NCBI GenBank assembly: GCA_001600815.1
Contig: BCKZ01000034.1
Location: 62,001 to 117,860 of the forward strand
DNA from: Alloascoidea hylecoeti
Taxonomy: Eukaryota
DNA length: 55,860 nt
Direction of reading: 5' to 3'
Part shown: one piece after another, positions 1 to 13,100 of the stretch
Numbering within the stretch: position 1 is the first letter of the stretch
How the letters are laid out: the number at the start of each line of letters is the position of its first letter
The notes under the pieces: model-generated
Told to the model about the DNA's origin: nothing
The model's input: only the letters and a program-made list of their open reading frames with translations
Databases searched by the model: none
Made by a program: the position numbers and the translations under genes

Positions 1-3000
1 GTTGACATTGATACTTCAACATCATCAAGATGATAAGCAGGGCAAATTGCACCTAATCTCAAAGGTTCAGTTTCACCTACAGCTAAAAATGACAAATCAG
101 AAACAGACACGGCTCTTCCCATTGCATGGCTTTTGGTTCCATTCGAAGAGGTTAGTGCTTGTGGAACAGCGTTATAAGCAGCTTGACTCAAAGAAGGTAG
201 CATAAACTTGAAAAAGATAGCAGGTGAATACCCAGGTTCATCATTGTAGTTAAGTTCAACTATACTGTAAGCACGATATGCGCGACGAATGTAAACTTCT
301 AAAGCCGCAAAAGAAACCCATCTATCACTATGAACAAAGAATTGTGTTAACACATCAAAGACAACATATTTAGAGTCAATAACATCTTTAACAACTTCAT
401 AGTTTGGATTACAGTGTTCCAATCCAACTTCACCATATGTGGTTTCAATAACCGAGGATTTCAAGATATGCTCTAGTTGATCAGATCGTTCTTTAAGAGA
501 AGGTAATGCGCATTGAATTAAGATCTCTCTAGCCTTTAGTACAACTTTCGAAGTGCTTCTAGAATCTAATTCAACAATCTTTTTTAAAGATGGTCTAATA
601 TATGTTGCAATTTCAGAACTGTCAGTAGCCGGTTGTTGATATTGTTCAAGAATAGCCAAAATCAAATTGTTTTTGGCACCAACTCTGCTGTGGGACAAAG
701 CAATATTAACAACACTGCTTAAATCATCTTTATTGTCTTCTCTTAATTGCAAAATAACTCCTTCATCTCTTGAATTCAACCCACTAAACAACTTTTCAAT
801 TTCGTAGTATTTATCAAGCAATGCAGAAAGACTTCTGTATTCATGAACACGTAAACCTTCTTGATAGTCTTTGGCAATTTCAGCCAATGGAGCAACAATA
901 TCATCGTAAAAAGCAACATTTTCTGATTTTTTATATCTTTCAATGGTTTTGAGAATTTGACGAGATGGGAAATCATGAGATCTATGCTTGGCTCTTTCCA
1001 CAACAGATATCAAAGCCTCGTCTAATTTAATGGGCAATCTACTATGAAGAGAAGATATTTGTGAATCCCATTGACTGAAAGGTAATTGATTGTCTCTCAA
1101 AACCTCGATCATGTTTTTCAAAGTTGATTTCATAACGATTTGGTTATCGTAACCTGTCAATATATTGCATAAAGTATTATAAAGAACTCTAAATCGTTGG
1201 AATGGTTTGGTACCGACATTTTGAGGAGAACCAAAGTCAGGTAAAGTACCTTCAAAAGGTAAAGCATGTTTAACTTTAGAAGGATCATCAAGAGCTAATA
1301 TAGCGAGAATATCACCAGTTATAATAGAAGATCCTGGTTGTTTAATAAGTTGAATAGTACCATCTTCCGAAGCAACTAAAGGCATAAACATTTTCATAAT
1401 CTCAACTTCTGCATAAGGTTGACCAGCTTTAATATGATCACCATTTTCAACCAAATATCTTACTAATTTGCCAGGGGATTGGGTTCTTAATTGTGTTGGA
1501 TCATTTTCAGCTTCTAAGAGGCAAGTTTTTGAATCGACAGATAGACGTGTTGCTGCAACATCTTCTTTCCAATAAACACTGTGACTTTTGCCTCCAATTG
1601 ATACTAAAATACCTCCATCAGATAAAGATCTCACACCAACCTCAACTCTTGAGCCATTGATGAACAAAGTGTATGTATCACTTGAAGATCTAGTTGCGGT
1701 GAATTTATATCGTTTACCTTCATATATGAAATCAGTTGGAAATATGGTCTTGACAACTTCTCTTGACGCGATTTGGCCTTTCTCTAAAGATGATGTGTAG
1801 TTGCTTATTTGTTCATTATAAACAATGTGTGTTTTACACACAGCCCCACATAAAACCGCTAAAGTTGGATCAGGTCTTTCAGCAGTTAATTTATGGGTTA
1901 TCAATTCATCGAGCCAACCAGTGGTGATTTTATTTTCTTCAAAAGCAGGTGTTTCTAACAATTTTATTAAATATTCAACAGTAGTTCTAAAATCACCTCT
2001 AATTGACAATTCTTTCAAGGCAACAACCATATGTTTTCTAGAAGCTTGACGATTTTCACCAAAGGCAAATATATGACCAAACTGGGAATCGGAAAAGGAG
2101 TGAATACCACCTTGATTACCAACAGAAAAGTAACCCCAGACATTTGAGCTTGATCTAAAATTAAGTTCATGCATTGTACCACTTGAAGGTTTAAAGCCTT
2201 CACCGGGATCTTCTGAAGTAATACGACAAGCAGTTGTATGACCTTTGGGTATAGGACGTCTTTGTGTCTTAAGTGATAATTCGGAAGAAAAATCAAAGTC
2301 AATTTCAGTTGAGGTATGTGGATCAACACCATACATTAATCTAATATCTCTTATTCTGTGTAAAGGTATACCCATAGCAATTTGAAGCTGTGCAGCAGGT
2401 AGATTGACACCAGAAACCATTTCAGTTGTTGGATGTTCGACTTGGAGTCTTGGATTTAATTCCAAGAAGAAGAATTTATCATCGGCATGAGAGTAAAGAT
2501 ATTCAACTGTACCAGCTGAGACATAACCTACTAATTTACCAAGACGAACGGCGGCCTTTTCCATAGCAGTAAACGTTTCAGGTTTAGCAATTGTGACTGG
2601 AGCTTCTTCTATAATTTTTTGATGTCGTCTTTGAACTGAACAATCACGACCAAATAAAGAAATGTTATTACCATATTCATCAGCTAATAATTGAACTTCT
2701 AAATGACGAGCAGAACCAGCAAGTTTCATGATGAAGATAGGAGAACCAGGTATTTCATTTGCAGCCTGATGATACATCATTATAAAATCTTCTTCTTTCT
2801 CTACTTTTCTAATACCTTTACCACCACCACCTTCAGACGCTTTTATCATAACGGGAAAACCGATTTGTTTTGCTTTAACAAGGCCATCCTCAGGAGAGCT
2901 ACAACAACCTTTTTGATAAATATCTTCGTCTACTGAGACAAGACCAGTTTTTTCATCGAGGTTAACTTTATCCACACCAGTTCCCGACCATGGTATACAA

Positions 3001-3637
3001 GGGACTTTAGCATGTTGAGCAACAATTGTGGAAGATATTTTATCACCAAGAGATCTCATTGCGCTTCCCGGAGGACCGATGAAGACGATTTTCTTGTGAG
3101 AAAGAGCCAATTTTTCAGGTAAATGAGGGTTTTCGGAGGCATGTCCCCAACCAGCCCAAACGGCATGAGCATTTGTACGTTCAGCGACATCGACAATTAA
3201 ATCGACATTTGCGTAGTTATTGTTATTGGTACCACCTGGGACCTCAACGTACTGATCAGCCATTCTAATATATTCAGCATTGGCTTGGAGATCTTCGGGA
3301 GTAGCCATTACGGTGAAGGATATAACACGTTCATCGCCGAAAGTTTCATAAGCCCACTTTCTTATAGATCTTATTTCTTTGACAGCAGCAATACCGTTAT
3401 TTGCAATGAGTACCTTTAAAAGTTAGTATTTTGAGAAATATTATTGTATATAGTAATAATAAATGAATATGAACATACATTTGTGATGACGGTATGACCG
3501 TTATGAGATTGAACAAAGTCTTTGACAGGGCCTGATTCAGCCTTTTCTAATGTGTTGAGACCAATAAAGTAAGAGGGTAGGTTTTTATGATCCCACTTAT
3601 CGGATGTGGGGGGTTTCGAGGAAGAATCCTGAGCCAT
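1..3637 (-). CDS. ACC1: Acetyl-CoA carboxylase, 5' part (runs off window start); exons 3637-3479 and 3413-<1
   Basis: Minus strand encodes the biotin carboxylase start [27 protein letters not shown], the biotinylation motif EIMKMFMP (~1381-1410) and [11 protein letters not shown]. Intron 3414-3478 is GTATGT...TACTAAC...AAG. An in-frame upstream ATG exists at 3745. Confidence 0.97.
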
Positions 3638-4320
3638 TTTTGCAAGAGAATTATAAGAGAAACGGGAATACAGGAAGGTTTGTAGTATTAATTTGGAGGG
3701 ACTATTGGAGAAACAGCGGTTAGCAAGATAATGAGGCTGCCACATATATTTTGATTTCGGGGTTTTTACATACCCACAGAATTGACTTGAGATGAGTCTG
3801 GAAAATCCGAAAAAGACGAGAATTTTAAAGAGCAAAGGGAAGAAAAAACAGCAAGGAATGCAGGATTAATGGAGTTTTTATAGCAGTCCCGATGGTTTAT
3901 TGAAATTTGATCCAGTTGTTGAGGTTCCTGGCAGGACGGGTAACTCCCAACATTTCTGCCAAAACAGGCCCAACGGTAACGAAATGTTGACAACTCCGGA
4001 GGAAACCACTTCTGTGGGGAATAAGAGAAGGAGAGAACGAGTGGCCCTGTTCTACGGAGTTTCTGCGACATTTCTACGTCGTGGAAACGTCGTGGAAACG
4101 ACGTTTATCCCTCAAAGACAGTCCAAAACACAAACAAAAACAGCAGCAAACATGGCTGGACGGAGTGGGTCAACGGAGGTTTTCCTTCTAATCCTCGGAT
4201 TCTAATCTTTTTGGTGATGTTATTTTATGTTGGGTTTACGTACGTATTTTAATTAATAATATATATATATTTAATAATATTACGTCTTCGCTCGCTTGGC
4301 CCGTTTGGCCCGTTTAGGAA

Positions 4321-5548
4321 CTACACTCTGTATTTTACATGCTTGTTGCTCACTTCTTCCGTATTATCATCCCCAAGCTTTCGTTTTCCCGTACAACGTA
4401 TACTGGGGTCTTCAATACCATCCAGTGCTGTCTCAATGCTCTCCATACTTTTACTTCTCGCAACCTGCTGGAAAACAGCCTCCTTGCCGGGAATAATTCT
4501 CGCAAGGCAAAACTTCGTGTTGACGTGGAAATTGCCAAAATCCTGTGCAATTGTGAAAAATTCCTTTGCAACCTCTTGCCATGGTAATCTACTGAGCGAA
4601 CTGTTGCTTCCAACCTTGTAATCGATCTTCCTGAAACATGTGGGATTTATTTCTGCTGCACTTCCAATCATACCCCCATCCACACCATACTTCTCCGTCA
4701 GTTCTTTTAACTCGCTCCGTTCTTTGATTGCTCCATTAACTATACATGTAATTCCAGCCTCATGACAAATATTTGCTATATCTTTTAAATAGTCTCTGAT
4801 CGGTCCTTGTCGAGTTCTCATCGTCGTTGTCCGGCAATGAATAGTTATATTTCGGATTCCAGTTGTAGCAAGTCTTTGAACTAACGACAGGGTTTCTTCC
4901 TTTGTTTCCAGCAGTCGTATTTTAACGCTAATACTTATGTGGAATGGGATGCCAACCTCTTCAACTAAACACCTTAATATCTTCTCCAATTTGTCAGGTG
5001 TTTTGAGTAAAGCTGCACCCATTCCTGAATGTATTGAAAAATGTTTAGGGCATCCACTGTTGACATCAATAGCTTTAACATCTTTTGCTATAACTTTAGC
5101 AGCTTGAACAGCCAAGACGGGATCAGCCGTACCCATTTGAAATACAAGCTTTTCCTTCTCAAGTTCTGGTGAGGTTCTGAAAACCAGGTTATTGCGTACT
5201 TTATTATGATCTTGCTGTTTTGTGAAAAAGTCAACGGTCTTTAATTTTTCATTGTATATTCTTTCACACCCAATGAGTTTTTTATCAATAATTTCCGGGC
5301 CTTAAGGAACTCGAGGTTATGGTTAACATTAAGAGATATCATTGCATATTAATATTACATTACATACCCCAAACAAGATCAGCATCGTACTTCAAGGCTA
5401 ACAGTCTGGTAGGAAGTTCTCCCACTCGGACCTATATATATTGATATGAGTATGGATATATATAGACGCAGACGGGCTGACATACCATAGGAGCCAACGC
5501 TAGAACGTTTTTATACTGGATCATGGTGGGATCATTCTCTTGTACCAT
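4321..5548 (-). CDS. DUS2: tRNA-dihydrouridine synthase 2; exons 5548-5486, 5431-5368, 5300-4321
   Basis: Spliced product [35 protein letters not shown]...IDVNSGCPKHFSIHSGMGAALL matches Smm1/Dus2. Two GTATGT-AG introns (5432-5485, 5301-5367) restore the frame. Confidence 0.93.
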
Positions 5549-5843
5549 TTTTTATCATTCTTTTGGGTCTAATTATAAGGTCAGGATAGAGGATGAAAAT
5601 TTATGGGTGTTGTGATGTAAAATTATAATATATGGTGCTGGGTCTAATTTGTGGTTTCCAGCTAGCTGTCAGTCCTGTCGACCTTGTCAGACCAAATCGT
5701 ATCGGGCTGCACTGGAAACATTAAATTTAAAAACCTGAAATTATTCTCGATGCCTTTCCAGTCTTTCTCGCCCTATTAAATAAGTATCTGTGCCTTCCAG
5801 ACAACCTCCATAAATCATAGCTACAACTATAATCCACAGAACC

Positions 5844-7802
5844 ATGGCCAGTAACCATGACAAGTCTTCTCCTGGACTCCGATCTGCATTTGTGTCTGGA
5901 CTTGTGTCTAGAAATCTGGAAGCTACAGACTCCCGATCCACCGCCAAATCCTCCCCGACTCCTCGTGGAATCCTCAGAAAACAGACACTGAAAAATAGAT
6001 CAAATGTTCCAAAATCACAACAAAGCCAAAAAGGTTTGCATGTCGTAACAAATTTAAATATATCCTCCACAGACTCTCCTGATCGTGAAGCTTCTGCAAA
6101 CTCTCACGAAGATGAATTTTCTACAAGCTCTGATTCCGAATCACAGTACCTTTCTCAGCCCCAATCCAGATCGTTTCTGGACTTAATTAATGATGGTCAC
6201 TCCACACTAGCTGTAAACTTACCTAAACATTCCGTGTTTAGGGAGGTCTTTAACCCTTCCAACATTTCCTTCGATTCTCAAGATTCCCTTAATATTCCTT
6301 CCCGTACCCATAATAACTCGAACTCAATAGATACTATAAAACCTGATAATAATGATGATGATGTAGACAAACCAAACGTTAACCCAATTTCAACCTTAAA
6401 ATCAGATGCATCACAACTATTTATAATATACTCAAAAAATCAAAATCAAAATCAAAATCAAAACCTTCACTCCAGCTCAAAAATAGGCAGGTCCCTATCT
6501 TTAGGAAGAAGGAGGTTGCATCACGAAATATTTAAAGGCCATACACGTACGACAACTAGAGATGAACAGTTCGCAATGGGATCACATAACACGGCTGTAG
6601 ATAATAAATCTGGGGTGGATTTGAGGCGTCATCATAGTGATTCATCTACTTATTACGATATGTTACGGAAAAAAAAACAATTACATCGCCAATCTCCTAC
6701 TTTCACGAACATTACACCACAAAATGAGTCCATGTTTCATTTTCCAGAGATCAATATGAAATACAAATCCGCTCTTAAACATGCTTCTCTTGCCGAATCC
6801 AACTTTTCTAGATCTGGAACAACTTCTCAAAAATCCATTAAATCAGAACCATCTCCAAATTTAGATATACCTCTAAGAAATTTCCCTAAATTTAGAATTA
6901 CAAGAAACCATCATTCTGTACTTGCAAACTATGGAACTCGGAACGACTTGTACAATCGGGCTTATATTCCATCAGATTTGCCTGAAAACCACACTAGCTT
7001 TCAGAGGCAATCCTGGCAAACTGAACTAACTTCGATTCGAACGTCGATCACTAGGTCCACTTCAACATCGACAGCTCAAAACAATTTCACAACTAGTACT
7101 GCAGGTCAGTCTATTAATAACCTAGACCGATTTTCCTCATTGCACAAGGATATTAATCTTCAAACATCAGTTTCAAATACAGAAACCGATGGAGATGCCT
7201 TAATGGTAAAAAAGTCAATTCTTAAAAAAGATCATAAGTTGATTAAAAATAAACCATCATTAGACAGCGCATTATCAAGTTTTGTTCACTTCAAAATGGT
7301 TAAAGAGAATAATCCGCAAATGCCATCGCATTCAAATAATAATATTGAATCCTTACCTTCTCAGCAGCAGGAATCTCAAAAAGGAAAACACGAAGAAGAA
7401 ATTAAACCAGTGCCTAGCTCATTTGGATCCTCGGCACACACAGACGACTTTTCAGCAGCTGGTACTTCAGAAACACCCATCACTGAATTTTCAATGCCTG
7501 ATATCGACAATCGATTACCAAAAGATTCATATATACCTGCAGAAAATGGAAAGCTTAAGAAGGCTGAGACACCTATTCGACCAAGAAGAAGGAAATTTAC
7601 GTTCCTTAAAAAATCTCCTACAGCCCCAAATTTAAATAAGTCTCCACATCAATACCAGTTATATTACAACAAATTTAAAAATTTATTCAGAAGAGGTAAC
7701 CACATTGATATAACTTCTGGTACTGGTTATTATCCTGAAAGAACACCAAGTAAAAGCAGACGAGTTAAGACACATAAAAATTCTACCATCCGTAATTTTT
7801 GA
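5844..7802 (+). CDS. Hypothetical 652-aa Ser/Asn-rich, probably disordered protein
   Basis: Uninterrupted 1959-nt ATG-TGA ORF with an NQ repeat at ~6437-6462; no recognisable domain. Confidence 0.8.
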   Translation: MASNHDKSSPGLRSAFVSGLVSRNLEATDSRSTAKSSPTPRGILRKQTLKNRSNVPKSQQSQKGLHVVTNLNISSTDSPDREASANSHEDEFSTSSDSESQYLSQPQSRSFLDLINDGHSTLAVNLPKHSVFREVFNPSNISFDSQDSLNIPSRTHNNSNSIDTIKPDNNDDDVDKPNVNPISTLKSDASQLFIIYSKNQNQNQNQNLHSSSKIGRSLSLGRRRLHHEIFKGHTRTTTRDEQFAMGSHNTAVDNKSGVDLRRHHSDSSTYYDMLRKKKQLHRQSPTFTNITPQNESMFHFPEINMKYKSALKHASLAESNFSRSGTTSQKSIKSEPSPNLDIPLRNFPKFRITRNHHSVLANYGTRNDLYNRAYIPSDLPENHTSFQRQSWQTELTSIRTSITRSTSTSTAQNNFTTSTAGQSINNLDRFSSLHKDINLQTSVSNTETDGDALMVKKSILKKDHKLIKNKPSLDSALSSFVHFKMVKENNPQMPSHSNNNIESLPSQQQESQKGKHEEEIKPVPSSFGSSAHTDDFSAAGTSETPITEFSMPDIDNRLPKDSYIPAENGKLKKAETPIRPRRRKFTFLKKSPTAPNLNKSPHQYQLYYNKFKNLFRRGNHIDITSGTGYYPERTPSKSRRVKTHKNSTIRNF

Positions 7803-7828
7803 TTTTTGATTTTTGATTTTTGATTTTT
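7795..7828 (+). repeat. (ATTTTTG)n short tandem repeat overlapping the stop codon
   Basis: Four full copies plus a partial copy are visible directly. Confidence 0.85.
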
Positions 7829-10155
7829 CATTCGAATTCTTTTGAACTTATTTTATAGAGGAATCTTTCTTCGACGTGTTTTTGGATATTTTGTATTTTT
7901 TAGTGGATTATTAGTTTGTTTTTTCGTCGACTGACTTATATTGATACGAACATTATTACACTCTAAGCATAGAGTAGATAAAGTAACGGAATGACTATAC
8001 CATCTTTATCCTATTTTAATTCAATCTTTAAAATTCGTAGATATATTGCAGATATAAATACCTGCGTTAACGTTAAAACGTTGAGATTTGTAATACTTAA
8101 GCTTCATACATGTATGTTATATTTTAGTTATAGATCGATACTATGAATCATCTTATTTTTCACACAGATTACAAAAGAATTTTTTTAATTCGACTATAAA
8201 TTTAATTTTTCCTTTGAATTTAGGAGATTACATAAGGACGGTCGTGGCTTATATTTCTTGCGATTAATATATTAGCTGTATGAGATCATTTAACTACTTT
8301 GGTCCACAGTTACATTTATTTTTAAGATCAAATCGCCAAAACTCTAGATACAACAAAATAAAGTATTTCCGGTCTATTTAGACAACTGGATCAAAATATC
8401 TCGACACTGTAGGGATATATTATCGTTATAAAATATTGGAATATAACACAAATACTAATTAGTAAGGCCCCATCGATTCTTCAACTTTAGATGTTCATAT
8501 GCATACAGGTTACTCAAGTTTTCATCACTAGTAATATTAATGTTATCATTGATATGTTCGAAATCGATATACTAATTCACAACCATAACTAGTTATATAA
8601 TGAATTTCAATGACCTCTTTTTCTATACCTACATCCATATATTTCAAATATTGTCAACCAGGATAACTTAAGACATAAATGTAGATATGTAAAGTGAACA
8701 ATAAAACTTATATTTTGTAAAAACCTATAGGCTATAACTATTCTAAAATATAATCAGTTGCAGTAAACGCATTTACGATTGTGACGTGTATACCGGTATA
8801 CATATAGCATGGTGCAATATGGACCATATATTTTATTAATTTTTTTTCAACGACATTAATATATATTGCCTCAGCACTGATAATTTTCTATCTATATTTT
8901 ATATACTAGCTCTAGCTTGTTTCTATTAGGTGTCATTCCTTTAGGGCTATAAATAGTAAGTAGTTCTCTCCATCTCTTTCTAATACAAGTTATCCCTAAA
9001 TTATTAACTGCCAAACAGTTATAAGGTCCTTATGATCTTGACTAGAGCTAAATTAGTCATGAAATAAGCATATATTTTTATCAACTTATTCCATGCTTGA
9101 GAACTGCTAAGCTAACCATATAGTTTATATATATTATATAGCAATATTAATATATAAATAATGGTATTAATTTATCTATCTCAGGTACATAAGTGCATAC
9201 CCAAACTGAAGTAAAAAACAAGCTGAATGATAATTGACAATTATTATACACAGTCATACAGATCTATACTTTAAAACTAGAAAGATTTTAAGAACTTTAT
9301 TAGAATGGAAGGTTAGTCACTTTGCTAGTTGACAAGCAGCGAGTCACAAAAACTCACAATGCATAGCTATAGAGCATCCGTAATTCAATCCTTGGCTGAG
9401 AATCCATTCCTTTTGAAGAACGGCACACATTCAAGCTCATTACAATAAATTTATTTATAATGTGACAATATTTGTACCTACCGGTAGTTCTAGCTGTCAC
9501 AAATTTTTATACAAGTTATGCTAATACTAAAGTATAACTTAATTTTGAATAACTATAACCTAACCCCTATTACATAAGCTATATGTTATAATATGTAAAG
9601 TAACTGGCGGAAACAGATAAAACGAAGATAATATGTATTAGAACTAATGAATTAAATTATTTTAAAGAGGGATTTATCTTAGCTTTATATAGATAAATCC
9701 AAAATATATTTATAGAATAGTCAAGAGAAGTATTAAATGTAACAAAGGACTAATAATGTCCTTTACGAAGTTTTAATGAACAAGAAATATTAAGAATAAT
9801 ATAATAAATGACTAATAAAATGTAATAAAGAAATAGAGAACTAATAACTAAGAATAGTGAATAATGAGCTCCTTTACATAATATATCACAACACGGCTAC
9901 GTCGTAATATACGAAGCTTAATATAGCAAAACCACCATAAGATCTTATAATAGGTAGTGATAACGCCTATATGTTGTATTACTATTAAGGAAGCCAACAG
10001 AACCCCTCGAAATCTCAACAGATAATATTAAATTCAAATCTTAAATTATAATATATAACATAATAATCAGTTCTAGAAAGATTTTACCTAGAAAGTATAG
10101 TAATAATAATACATCAAAAATACACATGATATAATATAAGAGAATTCTTTCATCT

Positions 10156-13100
10156 TTATTTTTGTCTAGTCTGTTGTCGTAAAGCTTCAATCTTCTGTTT
10201 TCCATTCAGTCGAATATTTTGAGCTAGTGGTGTTTCTGTAAATAAAAAGCCGGGTGTTTGAGTACAGAATTCATGTTGTAATAACTCCAGCGCAGTTGGC
10301 CTCTTTTCAGGATCACTATATATGATTGTTAACATTCAGCAATTGATCTACAATTATACCAATTAATACTTACACTCGAAAACATCTGGAAATAAAATCT
10401 TTTCCCTCATCTGAAACAAAGGGTAACGTATCATCTGGGATAGGTGGTGCTAGTCGAGTTTTTCCGATCTAAACAATTAGAATTTTTAAAAGATTAATAA
10501 CCATAATTAATCAAACATACCTTATAAATTGCACCAATAGCTTCAATATTTGACCATGGTCTCCTCCCTGCAAACATTTCTAAAACCACACATCCTAATG
10601 ACCAGATATCTACTTTTGCACTGTAGCCCTGTTTTTGGTTATGCACCACACTCTCTATCACCTCAGGTGCCATCCAGAAAATTGTTCCTTGCATTGACAT
10701 CTTAGCATCATTTGCATAAATGTTTTGACTTCGCTTTGATATTCCAAAATCTGATATCTTGCAAACTCCATCTACGTCCAATAATAGATTATCAGCCTTT
10801 AAATCTCGGTGCAATATTCCACATAAATGTAAATAAGAAAGACCCTGTAAAACCTGAATTGTTATGAAACGAATTAAAGGTTCATCGAAACGACCGATCA
10901 ATCTAATACATGATCCAATTGACCCACCTGGTATATATTCTAGAAATAAATTGTACAGTTCAGTTGTTTCTTCAAACCCAAGATATTGAACAATATTTAA
11001 ATGATCAAGATGCTTTAGTGTATTAACTTCCGACTGAAGAGCCTCAATTACTTCACGATTGTGTTGACTAGCAATACCCTTAGGAACTTTAACTTGTTTC
11101 ACAGCAATCATTTCACCATTAGTAACATTAAGGGCAAGATATACCTCACCAAATGTTCCTTTACCTATCAACTCACCTTTAACCCATGCAAATTGTTTAT
11201 ACTCTCCTTTCTGGTTACGCAAAGTACTCACAAAACCAGCTGGAATTTTCCCTGGTGTGACTTCCACAACTTTTTGACCCCACATTTTGGTGCTCTTCCG
11301 GCGCACAAGGGCGTCTATCTTTTTAGTTTTACCTTCGACTAAAGATCCATTTTTATATTCTTCTCTAGCTTCATAGGCCACGGTCCTGATAGTCTTCATT
11401 CTTCTAATTCCTCTCTTAGAGTTAGAGGGATCATTTGTTTTCTGTTTAATCGAAACAATCGGGGCATCAGTGGGATTATAATTCCCTTCAACTGAGTTGT
11501 CAGTCAAGTCTGAATTTTGAACATTTAAGAAAGATTCATTAACTGGCCTTTTCTGTCTCTTGCTATATGCTAATCTAGAGCCCTGCTTTTGTTGCTTTGT
11601 CGTGTTTGTAGGGCTTTCCAGAATAGGTGAAATCGGTGAGTAGGGAGAAGCACTTGAATCATCTAAAATGGGGTTATCCAAATCGGTATTCGGGAAAAAA
11701 ATCTCCAAATTCTCGTAAACAAATTCAGTAGGTGGTCTGACAGGCCATGAAGTAGAACTGATGATGGACTGAGAATTATCATTCAGACCTTTGTCAATTT
11801 TTTCTATGGCATTACTTTTACCAAGGCTCACATTATTAAGTGGCTTCTTTGCCCATAATCCATCATCAGAATCATCATCATTACTACTAATATCATCCTG
11901 AAGTGGTGATAAAGCGTCAAATGAAACTTCATTTTCCTTAAACTTTTCATCCGAATCCTCTCCTACGTGATCATTTCTTGCAATCGGTTGATCAATCGAA
12001 ATTGATTGTGATCTACTAAACGATGTTCTAAATCTTGATTTGTTCTTTTGCAAAACTGAAGTGACATTCCAGGAGAGCTCCTTTTTGCGAGAAAGCGACA
12101 CACCCATGTAAGGCTTGGGAATGAATGTGGTGCTTATTCCAGGTGTATAAGTCACAGGTGAATTTGGGGATGTTGATCCGGAAGATATAGAAATTGACTT
12201 TGATGTTGATAGTTGATAATTTTCCCTTTGGTTTCGTTTTGGAGGAGATGGGGGAGGAGGTGCGGGCCTTTTTGCAATGAATTCTTTTTTTGCTTGATCA
12301 AATGGGGAATCTCTTTTTTTATCAAAGTTGATTTCTCTTTTCCTGTTTCTGATAATGCGGAAGAGAGAGTCACTGTTTGGCTGGTTACCATATATTTTAT
12401 AGTCAGATTTTTTATTTCCCATATTTTGAAAGTCGCCATATTCTGACTGAGAAAGTTTCGATAATGATGGTAAATCCTGGGAGTTACTTTTATACTCAAC
12501 TGGTTCAATGATGGTAGGGGATGTCCCTGATATTTTTGATGCTGAATTAAGATCGGAATTAGCTTGTGATTTAAAATTTAGATAGTCAATATCTTTGTTT
12601 ATAGGCGACGTATATAGATACTGTGGTGTGGAAGGGTATCGGTGTCCATTTATCGGGACAGAGTTACTAGAAGTTCCAGATGATTTTGAGAGGTTAGAAG
12701 AGATTAGTTCCCCTTTCAGATATATTTTAGCAGTCCCAAAAGATGTATTGAAAGAATGAAGGAGTAATTTCTCGAAAGTGAGATCATCCATGGCTTCTCC
12801 CTCTTTACAATTAAAATCTGTGAGATGATATGACACTTTGTAGTAATCATTATATCCAACAGCGTCACAAAACTGTTGCTTGACGGTCCTCAAATCCATT
12901 TTTTTTCTATCAGAATCAATGTTAAGTATAACATTCACGGGGACAAATAATTCATTATCTGTAGTCAATAGAATAAAGATGGATTTTGATTCTTGTTGAG
13001 GAGTGATAGGCGTTGGTACATATTTACTTTCTAGATATAGTACTTTAAGCGGTAAAGAAACAGGATGTTTCGACATAGGACGATAGGTATGTGCATTTTC

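Noticed and set aside
2..2936. Short ORFs listed within the ACC1 region
   Set aside because: Antisense or alternate frames of ACC1, whose long frame is missing from the track because it runs off the window.
8600..9520. Possible solo LTRs (TGTCA/TGACA motifs, TATAAATA)
   Set aside because: No pair of ends with a matching TSD and no second copy in the window.
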